From NCBI GenBank assembly GCA_001938485.1, contig MQRK01236221.1, forward strand, positions 1 to 60,041: a DNA stretch of 60,041 bases, given 5' to 3'. The notes beneath the pieces are model-generated. The model was not told where the DNA came from. It did not search any database and was given only the letters and a program-made list of their open reading frames with translations. This document shows positions 11,040 through 23,010 of the stretch, in pieces. Made by a program: the position numbers and the translations under genes. This DNA is from Girardia tigrina (lineage: Eukaryota). How positions within the stretch are numbered: position 1 is the first letter of the stretch; every line of letters begins with the position of its first letter.

Positions 11040-11590
11040 GAAAAAAATCAATTTAATATGAAGTGTGTATTTAATATGATAAAAATAATAATTTATCATT
11101 AAAAGTTATCAATTTAATATGAAAAAATAAATTAAAAATGAAAAAATCTCAATTTATTATGCAAAATAGATTCAAAATGTAAAATTTTTATTCATAGTTA
11201 TTTCAACTTCTTTCTTGGTTGAAAGTGGAATTACAAATGTTTGTATTTTTAAAGTATTTTTTTATTTTAAATTGATATTTCTTTCATATTAAATACAATT
11301 TTCGTATTAAATTGATATTTTTGTCGTATTAAAAACATAATTTTCTTATTAGACAAATATTTTTTATATTAAATTGATTTTTTTCATATTTAATCGATAG
11401 TTTTCATATTAAATCTATAATTTTGCATATTAAATTTATTTTTTCATATTAAGTACAAAAATCTTAATATTAGATACATATTTTTTTCATATTAAATAAT
11501 AATATCAATTTCATATTTGAATTAAATAAAAATTTTTAAAAATTGCCTAGTTCACGAATTCGGTAATTGCACAAATACGGCAAAACATAT
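11040..11590. repeat. Foldback-like array of ~21-bp units (TTTCATATTAAAT core) in two orientations
   Basis: AATTTAATATGAA units at ~11050-11160 face TTCATATTAAAT units at ~11280-11520. Confidence 0.6.
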
Positions 11591-12239
11591 ATAAAGGGGT
11601 TCGACAAAATAATGGTAATACTTCATATCTTTGAACGTGTTACAAACACTCAAAACTTTAGATATTTTAATTTTATTTAGTTTATTATTTTTGTTATTAG
11701 ATAAAATAACCGTAATAACTGGCATATATTTTGGAATTTTCATTAGGCGAAGATCGCAATAACAGATTTCCAATGAATCTCTACAAAATTCAGCTTCCAT
11801 AAAACCAGTTTGTCGATATCTATACAAATACGTATTCAACGGAAGAGTTTCATTTAGAAAATCTATATATCTATTTATCTATATATCTAAATCTATCTAT
11901 CTATTTTAATTAGAAATATATACACTATTTTCGATCTCTGGTCGAGTATACGTTTGGAGACAGCCAAAAGTAGCAATTGGTTTAGACAACGTTTTCTCAA
12001 CCGTAGTACATATCAATGATTCTATGATTATGTGAATTATTATTGAACATTTATGGTAAATTTTGAAAATTCAAGTAAATTGATTTCCGTCTCCATCGTC
12101 TGCACAAGAAATAAGTATTTTAACTAAAGAATGGGCTGAAATTCCTTTTAAAACTATTAGGTTCGTAGAATACATCAAAAATACCCTATTTGGACTATTT
12201 GAATTCTTACGCTAGCCGTTCGGTCTTAGAAACTCCACT

Positions 12240-14270
12240 CATTCCTTCCAACGCTTATATTGACACTGTTGCTTCTGGTCTCGAAGGCGTTTTCGTTTAC
12301 CTAGATGATATTATAATCACGTCAAATAATCAATATCATCATTTCCGAACTTTATGTAAGCTCCTCACACGGTTAGATCAGAATAATCTACAAATTAATA
12401 TAGAAAAAAATGTATTTTTTTTCAGGCTTTAGTTAGGTTTCTTGGATTCAACATCAACTCTCATGGTGTGTCGCCAATCAATGACCGGATAGAAGTAATA
12501 TAGAAACTTTGACTACCAGCCAATGTCTCACAACTCCGCAGTTTCCTCGGCGTGGTGAAATTCTATAATCGGTTCTTACCTCATGCTTCCATTAGTTTCT
12601 ATGTCCTCGGGTCCCAAAACCCTCAATCTAACTTGGATTGAAAATTTAACATCCAGATTCTCCACTATTTAGAAACAAATCCTCAAATACCCAACTCTTA
12701 TAGACTATTATAGACCCATCATTACCATTACAGCTGGTCTGTAACGCGTCTGATGTTGCAATTGGTGTTGCGCTGCATCAACTAAGAGAACATATACTTG
12801 AACCTATCGAGTTCTTTTCTCGAAAACTCTCAGACGCTGAAACCCGAAATTCAACATTTGATCAAGAACGTTTGGCCATGTACGATGCAGTTCCCCATTT
12901 TTCTCACTTTCTTTCTGGTCACCAATTCCAGATACTAACCGATCATAAACCACTATTATATTTATCACAAATGAAAAATCCTTCATCTCTACAACATCGA
13001 CAAATCTTATACCTCTCTTAGTTCGATTTTTCAATTTCTCACCTACAGGTAAGCAAATTATTATTCCTGATTTCCTTTCCAGGAACACAATTTCAGCAAT
13101 ATCACTCCTTCTTGATTCTACAGTGGAATTACTTCAGTCCAAAAAAATAAACAAAGAAGAAAGATCCAATTTGCCGAATCATCACACCGACATTGATGGT
13201 TTAACTTATGACTCCAGGGATCCTGCGTTTCGAAGAATCATTCTCTCTTCCCACCTATAGAGACGCATCTTCGAAACATTCCACCAACTACATAACCAAG
13301 GTTGAAAGGCAACTTACGAACTCATTCATACCCATTTCGTTTCGCCGAATATGAGACGAGACATTAGGACACGGTGCCAAGAATGTATTGAATACCAGAA
13401 ACAAAAAATTACACGACATACTAAACCACAAATAATCAGTTTCCCCACAGCTAATCGTTTAAAAATCGTTCATATAAATATTGTCGATCCCCTATCACCT
13501 TCAAACGGATGTTAATACATTTTAACCATGATTGATCGGAAAACCAAATGAGCCGAAGCAGTTCCAATATCTTATATATCTGCTGAAAATGTCGTTAAAC
13601 ACTATTATTTCTTGGATTGATCGATATGGCATACCTTCTCAAGTAATCACTGATCAAGGGAGACAATTCAAAAGCAATTTATTCAAAGCCCTGGCAAAAC
13701 GTCTTGGTTTCAAGCATTTTCACACTACCCCGTATAATTCTCAATCCAATGGTTTAGTTGAACGTTTCCACCGGAATTTGAAGACTTCTCTATGCTATCT
13801 GGGTATCTCTTCAAACTTGCACGACTCTTCCCCTCGTTTTATTAGGTTAGCAAAATACTTTTGATTCTTCTACAGGTACTTCACCCAGTTCCATGTTATT
13901 TGGAACCGGAACAGCTTTCCCAGATGAACTTTTCGGAGGCTATATTATCACCGATCTCGAGTCTCTGCAAGCGCGAGGAAACATTTCCTTTCTTCGGATA
14001 CAAACCTGTCTTTCGGCAACTCAGCTAAGAATTTAGCTCATATGCCTGACTCTCTCTCCTCGGTAAAATTTGTCTGGCTCCGTGAAAAGAATATTAATCA
14101 TATGAGGTTTAGGTACACTGGACCCTTCCCAGTAATATATATTAAAGGTAACATTGCAAAAATTAAAATTCAGAATACCGAACAAACTATCAATCTCGAG
14201 CGTCTAAAGCCTAGATTTGATTTTGTCCAAGACGAGAACAACCCCGAACTCCGTTTTACTCTAAGGGGCC
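12240..14270 (+). mobile_element. Decayed Ty3/Gypsy pol (RT, RNase H, integrase)
   Basis: GVFVYLDDIII (RT); PLQLVCNASDVAIGVALHQ (RNase H); GIPSQVITDQGRQF...SQSNGLVERFHRNLK (integrase); RYTGPFPV (GPY/F). Many stops and frameshifts. Confidence 0.92.
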
Positions 14271-14354
14271 CAAATCGTTCATATAAATATTGTCGATTCC
14301 CTCTCACCTTCAAACGGATGTTAATACATTTTAACCATGATATATCGGAAAACC

Positions 14355-16620
14355 TGATGACTAAATTGACCAAATCCTTCTGAATATGGAATGCTTAAAA
14401 CGTATTTTAAAGTTGTTGATTCTTCTATATCATTTTTAATCGGTTTATTAATTAATTTATCAATTGTTTCTTTGGTCAATTTCTGAACAATTGATTTTGA
14501 ATAACCATTTTTATTCAATAATTTAGTTAATTGGTTAATACTATCACAACTTGTGTATAAGTTGATGATAATGCCCAAGATATAAAAATTAGTCCTCTAA
14601 TCATAATTTATTTGTATCGAGATTCACAAAAACTGTTTGGCGTTGTATATATCAGTATCAGTTTTCTTTCTGTGAATCTCAGTCTCATAAACATCTCTTT
14701 TCCTTTCAATCAGTAAGTCTATGAACGATAATTTACCATTATTCTCTGTTTCTGTTGTAAATTTAATATTCGGATGCGAAGAATTTAAGTATTCTAAAAA
14801 TAGATCTATATCAATTTGATTATCGAAAATTAGAAAAATATCATCAATATAGTGTTTATACGCTAGAGGTTTTTGACCGGGAAACAAATCGATCTTATCT
14901 TCTATACTTGACAAAAAATATTGATGCCAGAGTTGCAGCTAATGGAGAACCCATTGTTACACCATCAACCTGTTTATACCTCTCATTATTAAAAAGAAAA
15001 TGAATATTAGAAGTGACAAAACACAACAATTCACGAAATGCGACTTCATCGATAAGATGGTATTCAGCAACATTATCTTTCCAAAGATTGCAACATAAAT
15101 CAATCGTTTCCTCCAGAGAAACATTGGTGAAAAGACTAACAACATCAAAAGAAACCATAATTTCATTTTTGTTACTATTCTTGTAATTTGAAATGAAGTC
15201 AACAAACTCAAAACTGTCTAAATAATTAAAACCCTTTTTTAGAAGGGGCTTTAATTTACCATCAAGATATTTCGCTACTTCATATTGAGATGTATTAACC
15301 ATAGATAATATGGGACGCAAATGAATGCAATCTTTATGAACTTTTGGAAGTCCGTAAAGTTTGGCTGGTTGAGAACCAACTTCTTTTAAACTATTAGCTA
15401 AACTTTTATCAATATTTTTATTTTCAATTAAATTCGATAATAACGAAGACAAATATTCATCATCTTTTAAAGAGGGCAACTTTCCATTTTTCCTTAATTT
15501 ACTAACTTTATTAAATTGCGGAAAATTAAAAACCTTTTCCATTTTATCAAAATAATCACAATTATTCATTACAACTAATCCATTCTCTTAATCAAATTTA
15601 CATATCTTTACATTCTTTTTTGATAAATTTTTTAAAATTAAAAAATATTTATTAAATTATTTTTTATTTCTTTCTAAATATACATTCATACTATTATTTA
15701 ACATGTGTTTTAAAATATCAAAATCCACACTATTAAATAATTTAGCATGATTTAATGTCAAAAATTGGAACATTGATTCAATTTTGGATTGAATTTTAAA
15801 TTTATTTAACCTAGTTTTAATTCCATGTTTAGGACCGAATTTCAATAAATTGATCTCTTCATCTAATAATTCTACATTACTTAAATTTAGACCGTATCTT
15901 TAACATTAAATTCAAAAACAGCAAATAATTTTCTTAGTTTTAAGTTTTTTGTTCTGTCTCAATTTTGTTACTAGAGATTTTATTTGAGTGATAATTAGAG
16001 AATATGACACCAATGAAAACACATTTGTCTCCAGTATTCTCCATAGGATCTTCCGATGAATTTTGCGAATATCTTCTTTCTGTAAGCATTCATGCAATTT
16101 TCTTCTGAATATAAATGAGGGGATAATATTCTCGGCAACACAGTAAGCCAAAAAATATATATCCAATTCTTTTCTTCATAACAAACAAACTAATTTCAGA
16201 TATTTCTTGAATGTAACCAGCGCATCAGGAAAATAATTATTCAAAAAATTAAAAAAATGATGGCAACTTATTTTTAAAAACATAAGTACGCCATTTGTTA
16301 AATAGACATTTATTTTTCAAGACAATTAATTTCGACGGCATAACCATCATCGTCAGGTCTCAAGAAAAAAATGAATTTGAAATCTGTTATATATGCAAGC
16401 AGTGATTATGTCATCAATGGATTGTTATGTCATCTAAACACGCTCAATTGGGTTTTCGAGAGACCCGTTTGCACATTAACCTTAGGATCTAAAGATCTGA
16501 TATAAAGTGCTTCACAGGCCACCCTCTCCCAATAGTTTTTAAAACGAGTACACAGAATTTTAAAATCATTTATGTTTATGTTTTCGTTCGACTTACAACC
16601 CTTTCTGTGCTCTACATGAC
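14355..16620 (-). mobile_element. Penelope-like retroelement, 3'-truncated, with upstream pseudo-LTR
   Basis: ATG at 16294. RT motifs PAKLYGLPKVHK, LRPILS, MVSFDVVSLFTNV, YKQVDGVTMGSPL, YIDDIF. Upstream 16435-16615 encodes the GIY-YIG tail (NYWERVACEALYIRSLDPKVNVQ), then UTR and HHR. Confidence 0.93.
16317..16363 (-). ncRNA. Minimal type I hammerhead ribozyme
   Basis: Minus strand TTGAGAC-CTGACGA-T-GATGG-ttatg-CCGTC-GAAA-TTAA-TT^GTCTTGA. Confidence 0.85.
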
Positions 16621-16639
16621 TCGAGTCGACAACACTGGT

Positions 16640-18580
16640 GTCCCAAATGAAGTTCTGTGGGCCTGCCTGAAAAGATTCTCTACCATGATGAAGGAATTCT
16701 ATGAGAGTTTTATTGTCTCCGTAGAGGTGTCACACAGGGATGTGTGATGGGACCTTGTATTTTTAACTTGGCCTTCGATGAAGTTATCAAAACGGCGATA
16801 CTGAAAGGATTCGGGGGAGGAATTACCCTGATCGACGAGCATACTGACGAATTTCAAGTCAATAGACTTGCTTATGAGGATGATCTATGCATCATCAACT
16901 CTGATATTGATCGTGCCTGTACAAGCTGAATATACTTAGAAGCACATTTTCAGAATTAAAGTTGACTATTAGTGCATCTAAGACGAAAGTCATGTGCTTA
17001 GCTGATGACTTGGAAACGAGAATATTGCAAGTGATGTGTGATGACAAAGCCATAGAATGGGTGAGCAAGTTCTGTTACCTCAGCAGTATATTGACCACAT
17101 GTGACAGCTGCAGTCAGATATCGTTCAGTGGTTGCGTTGTAGAATGAGTAAGTTACAAGAACTGCAGCTTGTGATTCAAGGTAACTGAGTTTCTATAGCG
17201 CTGAAAAGAAAACTAATCGAATCATGCATTTTTCAAGCAGTGTATTATGGGAGCAAGTGCTTGGCAAAACCTGAAAAAGAGGTAGCCCGACTATAAGCTT
17301 TTCATAATACCTCACACGCTATGCTTTTTTGTAAAACTAAACTTGACAGAATACGTAATACTGGTATGTCAATTGGTTTGAACGAGGCACGTGTGGTACT
17401 GGGGAAACGGCGTATTGTATTCTATAAGTAAAATAGACGAAAAAGTGTACGTGAGGAAAAAGTTTTAAACTCTGAAATGGTATCATGAAATAAAAAAGTC
17501 AGTGGCCGTAAAAAAGCAGTTCATGAAAGAGCATAGCGCCCGAAATATACTCTGTTTATTTTGCGTCTAAGAAGATCTGGTCGAATACCAGGAATCCTTG
17601 AATGAAAGAGAAATTCTTGAGATTGTAGAGGAATTCAAACACAAATTCAAAGGATTTGTGTCTGAAAAACTGAAAGACGTAATTGAACTGAGAAAAGAGT
17701 ATCCGATAATTCTCCGTTTATATATTCTTCATGTTTCAATTTTTTGCGGAACAGAAAGAACTAGAAAGATACATCAAAAACGTGCATACACCAACGACGC
17801 CTCAACATCAAAATATTAGCAAAACTTTCCAATGTCCCATGGAAAATTGTCAGAAAACCTATAAAACAAATTGATGGTTAAAGCGACATTTATTGATCGA
17901 TAACTGAACCAAAGGCAATACCAGTGGTACTAGTTCTTCACATAATGACGAAGATGAAGGATGTAAAAAATCTTCGAACACAATCGAAATGTTTTGATGT
18001 GTCAGTGCCCCTCGACGGTACCGCAGAGACAGACTCAGGAGTGATTCCAAGTATGGGTCGGCACGTTTAACGGTTAAACGCCTGTTTAAACGTTTAGTTT
18101 CATAATTTTAGTAGACGTTTAGCAATCATTAAACGCGTTTAACTGTATTTTCAATGTTTATTCTTCTTTGATTAGACGTAAAATAATTAGCTGAATATTT
18201 TACGATCATATAATTCTTCAAATGTAGTTATTATACTATTTCCAGTCACCAGGAAAAGTGCATCTTAAGTCTTCGTAACATATGTTTGTACACTTGACAT
18301 TCAGCGACTGTATCGAGTAAACCATGCATATATTATATACCAAATATTAATTTTAGAAAAAAATAATTTAGTGAAAGCCGTTGAAGTTTCATTAAGCTAT
18401 GTCATTGTTTTTGTTCATATATTAAAAGTACTGCTTTCATCTTTAGAATTGTCAGTTAAACGAACAGTTAAACGTTTAATTATTTAAAACGGATTACGTT
18501 TAAACGTTTACCATTTTTACTAAACGTGCTAATCCCTAAATCCAAGGGTGGCTCTCTACTTTCGGTCAAGTAATACAATT
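16640..18580 (+). mobile_element. Decayed RTE-like LINE, 5'-truncated, interrupted by a hAT MITE
   Basis: QGCVMGPCIFN, RLAYEDD, SASKTKVM, FCYLSS and a C-terminal CPMENCQKTY...WLKRHLL finger. Confidence 0.8.
18052..18538. mobile_element. Non-autonomous hAT-type MITE
   Basis: Imperfect TIRs TATGGGTCGGCACGTTTA / TAAACGTGCTAATCCCTA; 8-bp TSD attccaag/aatccaag; subterminal TAAACG repeats. Confidence 0.75.
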
Positions 18581-20589
18581 GATGTTGGGATATTTCGGTG
18601 TTCCTTTACACATTGTATGAAATGTGTTTATAAGCAACATCACAATTTCCGTGAGAACAATTATTTTCAGCTCAAACAGAATCCTTATTAGTAGTAATTT
18701 CTGCGGCATGTATCGTTCTTGATTAATATGTTTTCGTAACTATATAAATTAAATTTTAAATTTAATAAAGGAGATAAGAATAATATTAACTTTCAATTTC
18801 ACAAATTTTTTTTAGATAAAACTTCATTAAGTAATTTTTTTAAAATAAACATTAGTTTTTTTAAATTATATTAAATTCAATACGTTAAAATCGTTTACTA
18901 AAAACATTATTAAATTTTATAATTATAAAGCTTTTTTAATTTTAATTTTTTTTAATTATTAATTAAAAATTAATCTCAATAAATTAATTTCATTAGATTT
19001 AAATAATTAATCAATAACATATCAATCCCATCTATCACCAATCTAAATAGCAGGCAAACAACAAACTTACAACATTCCGAATTTTTCCTCACAGTGTTTG
19101 TACAGCCAAAGCTCTACAGAATCACGGTACGAGGGATCATGGCTGGTCCTTTCTGAATGGGAAACCGAAGTGTGCCCATTCAATGAAAGCTCACATTCCT
19201 GCATCTTAAGCTGTGTGATAAAGTTAGTAGGCTCTGTGTTGTCTATTTATGATTTCTACCCGATACAGAGTCTCTGACTCACTACCATATATGCCAATGC
19301 TGGTACTGTAGTCTCTACAATACTCGGTTATCTGTTCAGTCTGGGGAGGTTTATAATCCAATATAATCCATGACAGTTAAGCAACAATTGAACAACGATA
19401 TACAATGTCACTGAATATAATTATGACACGAACTTTATAATAAATTATATTTTGACATTACATTTACGGCAAAATATTTAAAACAGAAAGGTAAAGAAAC
19501 AGAAGTAAACGTTGACTCCCCTTACAGACTGTGAGAACAGAAATCTGATTGATCCATATCTTTGCATTGTCCAGAGAAAAGATACAGAGGAAGACTAATC
19601 CAATTGATTGTATCATGAATGTGAGCATTACTGCTTCACAAACAAGTAAATAATCAAACATAATAACAGATACAAATATGAAGACCTCAATATCTGCAAG
19701 ATATCATTGTACGGACTATATGAATATTTACGACTCACAATGACATATTCCTACTGATATTCAGTAAAATAAATTAATAAATATTAGTTATTAATTATAT
19801 TTTCTCAATGAACCTTAAAAACATATTTGATACATAAAAAATATTTATTTTCTCCCATAATTTTTCTTGATCCTCCATTTTTTTTCAACAATTAAAACAG
19901 TATATAACAGTAAAAACACTCTAAATACACTATTCAATTTATTATTTAAAAATATTAAAGCATAATAAACAAAATAATAATTAAACTATAAACATATTAA
20001 TTATACTGCATATAATAATAACAAAAACGTATAGCTCATAACAGTATAAATTGAAATACTATAATAAAAGAAATAAATAAATTATATAAAATAATTGAAA
20101 TATTTCTCTAAAATCAAAGGAAATTTGTACAACGTTAGACGGGAAAAAATTTTAATGTATCAAATTCAAGTTGGAAAAATAATTCATATAAATTTTAGAC
20201 CTGCTGAACCATTTATTTTTCAAAGCGTAAAATTGAGTTTTCTTTCGGTAGAAGATCAATGACTCCTTTATTTCTTTTAATAAATTGAATATTATCAAAT
20301 AAAAGCCGTAAATTTCCAACTTATTTCAGTCTTAGAAGATTGTGTGTAAATTGTAAAATAATTGAAGGTTGTATGGGTTTACTTCCGATGGGGATTTCTG
20401 AAAAAAGGAAACTTTGATAACTAAAAATTAATTGATTTTCAAAGATAATTAACTGATTATCAGAAATTATAGATCTGCTCTAATTCCAGGTAAATTAAAT
20501 ATCAGAACTGAAATTTTGACTGGGCAGAATACAATAAGATAAGATAAAAGATTGTCCAAATAATTTTGAATAATACTTTGACAAAATTA

Positions 20590-21035
20590 TCTAATGAATA
20601 TATAACCAATTTAGGTTATCATAAACCACACGTCGGATTATAACATCATTTCCCTGCAACTCACTGGTTAGTACCTTCACCGACTAACAGGGGTCCTCTT
20701 CGATGGTGGCTTAGACTAAACTTATAAAATTTGGGGTTCTAATGCTATCAAAACGTAAAAAATGTCGTTTCCTTTTAAACTTTCGCCACATCCCCCTTTG
20801 CAGCGCCCATTTCTCTCCGAACTTTGAAAATAAATAATCCTGTAACTTTCAAGAATGCAACAGATTTTTAGTCAGTGTTTCCTGTAGACAAGGTGACAAT
20901 AACTGCATATCTCTTCAATTTTTGCATAAGATTAGGATCTGCCATGTGTACTTGCAACAAAAAAGCTATGTTATTCTAACACAAAGGAAAGTGTGACACG
21001 TATATTATGTGTTCTCAGATAGTTGCCGCACCCTT
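20590..21035 (-). mobile_element. 5' fragment of a maT-like Tc1/mariner element (same family as 9835-11002)
   Basis: TIR gtgttctcagatagttgccgcaccct. Minus strand reads MADPNL...RYAVIV...FLKVT...DSIRTPNF...IEEDP. Confidence 0.7.
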
Positions 21036-21044
21036 TATACACAA

Positions 21045-21103
<59 letters not shown>

Positions 21104-21205
21104 NNNNNNNNNNNNNNNNNNNNNNNNNNNNNNNNNNNNNNNNNNNNNNNNNNNNNNNNNNNNNNNNNNNNNNNNNNNNNNNNNNNNNNNNNNNNNNNNN
21201 NNNNN

Positions 21206-21331
21206 AGAAAATCCAATTAAGAACCTTCCCAATATACATGACGACGAAGGATAAATCAATTTTCAACCATAAGTCTCCAATCGAAATAATTCCCCAATTT
21301 CAACTACGAGCTTTTTAACTGCAACAACTTT
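21206..21331 (-). rRNA. Dispersed 18S rRNA fragment (conserved pre-V4 segment plus V4 start)
   Basis: Minus strand AAAGTTGTTGCAGTTAAAAAGCTCGTAGTTG is a highly conserved eukaryotic SSU motif. The fragment runs into an N gap. Confidence 0.85.
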
Positions 21332-21599
21332 GAGAAATGTTGCTATAGTACCAAAACATCATTGTATACGAAATATTGCATGAACTTTAATGTATCATAC
21401 TTTGCCGCTGAGCACTTGAAGTTCAGCATACAGAATCTAGATATTGTTATGTTCAGACTGAAGTGATCAAAACTGCTTCGCTGTTGTCCATTGACATTTT
21501 ATTGTGCGATTAATACTGTATTTTTTTATTTCAGATTACAGAGTGTTTTAGTTATTAATTACAGTATCCACATTATATTTAAACAGCGATTTATCAATC

Positions 21600-23010
21600 A
21601 TGGCCATAGCAGCGAGGAAGAAGAATTGTTGTCCGGTTTATGATTTTGCATCTCAGTTTCCTTTGAATCAGTAACCGACTATGTCACCTGGTATTCAGTA
21701 TTACATGGATATAAAATCAGAACATTCAAAAACAGATCCGGCGTCAGAAATTGCACGTTAAGTTACATCATCTGTCATTGACCTTTGGGTTAAAACTGGT
21801 ATTCCAGCTATAACTTGTAGAGCAGTCAAGCTCAAAGTGGATGGTTTGCGTAAAGAATTGAGAGATGCATTGAAAAAAGGAAAGAATAAGGAAACTGCCG
21901 TTCAAGAACTCAGACTTAATGGTTGTAAATTGTTCGATATTGCAGCTTGCAAGTGCTCTGGCTTTGATGCATGCGTTTGTCAATGTGTTAATAATGTTAC
22001 AAGAGCCTGGTTCTGTTTATTTATGAAATATCCCACCTAATTGCGGATCATCTGCAAGCATTGTTGAAGCCATGTGTGTTTTTTGGTGAGAATGAAATCT
22101 CGTTGAAATCACTAATTGCGGTTCGCTGCAACGGAACGGCTCTAAATACAGAGAAATATGCTCGGATTATAAGGCAGCTCGAACTGAGATTAAAGACGGA
22201 AGGATTTCAGAAAGCCTTAGTAGTAGAGAGCCTGAAAAGATGGCCCATAATCGTTGGTTTAGTACTGCTAATCGATTGCTGCACCTTTACTTTGCTACGA
22301 TAGAACCATCTCAAAATTTACTAGCAATAGTTGAATACATTATGAAAGTCTATGCTCTTGTTTGGTTTCAGATTAAACAGAAACCTCAGTATTACTATGG
22401 TGCGACACATTTGTCGCGTTTTTTACCATCCGTTTTGAAAGACATAGTTGACAAATGCATTCAAGCAAATGACTACTTTGGTCACCCAGAAAACGTTTTA
22501 TTCAATATGATGGTTCATGAAAGACAGCATATCCGAGATCTGGCAGTCAGAAAAATTAAAGTAGCACGCGAAATTGTTGTTTGCTTCTCTACAAATTCTG
22601 CTAGTGTTGATTTTAGAAAATTCACAATACAAAAAGTTAATTTTGAAGCAAATTTAATCACGAAAAAGATATCCAAATATTCCACAAAAGTGACTGGAAA
22701 TATCTCATGTGACTCTTCTTTCTGACCTCTTGCATGTTGTTTAAAGCTTAACATTGTACTTCGTGTGTTATTATTATGATATCTCTATTTCTATTGATAT
22801 TATGGAATAAAATGATAAATGTCATTGATTTTAATTCTATACTACGTTTAAGTCCGTTAGTCACATAATATGCTTTACTGACTTCAGAGTCATGGTGGCG
22901 AAGTCAAACATCAATCCAGAAACATAATTTTCACTCAAAACACTATCGGGAGCATATGAGCAAATAACTAAGGTATTCCAAACGCAATATGTACATTTGC
23001 TATGTCCTAA
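21600..23010 (+). mobile_element. Decayed DNA transposase, probably of a hAT-related (hATm-like) group
   Basis: KLFDIAACKC, AHNRWFSTANRLLHLY...VEYIMKVYA...FGHPENVL resemble a widespread invertebrate transposase family. Superfamily assignment is from memory. Confidence 0.6.

Noticed and set aside
11270-11525. Regularly spaced repeats suggestive of a CRISPR array
   Set aside because: Units are ~21-bp degenerate AT-rich tandem repeats without unique spacers, in a eukaryotic context with no cas genes.
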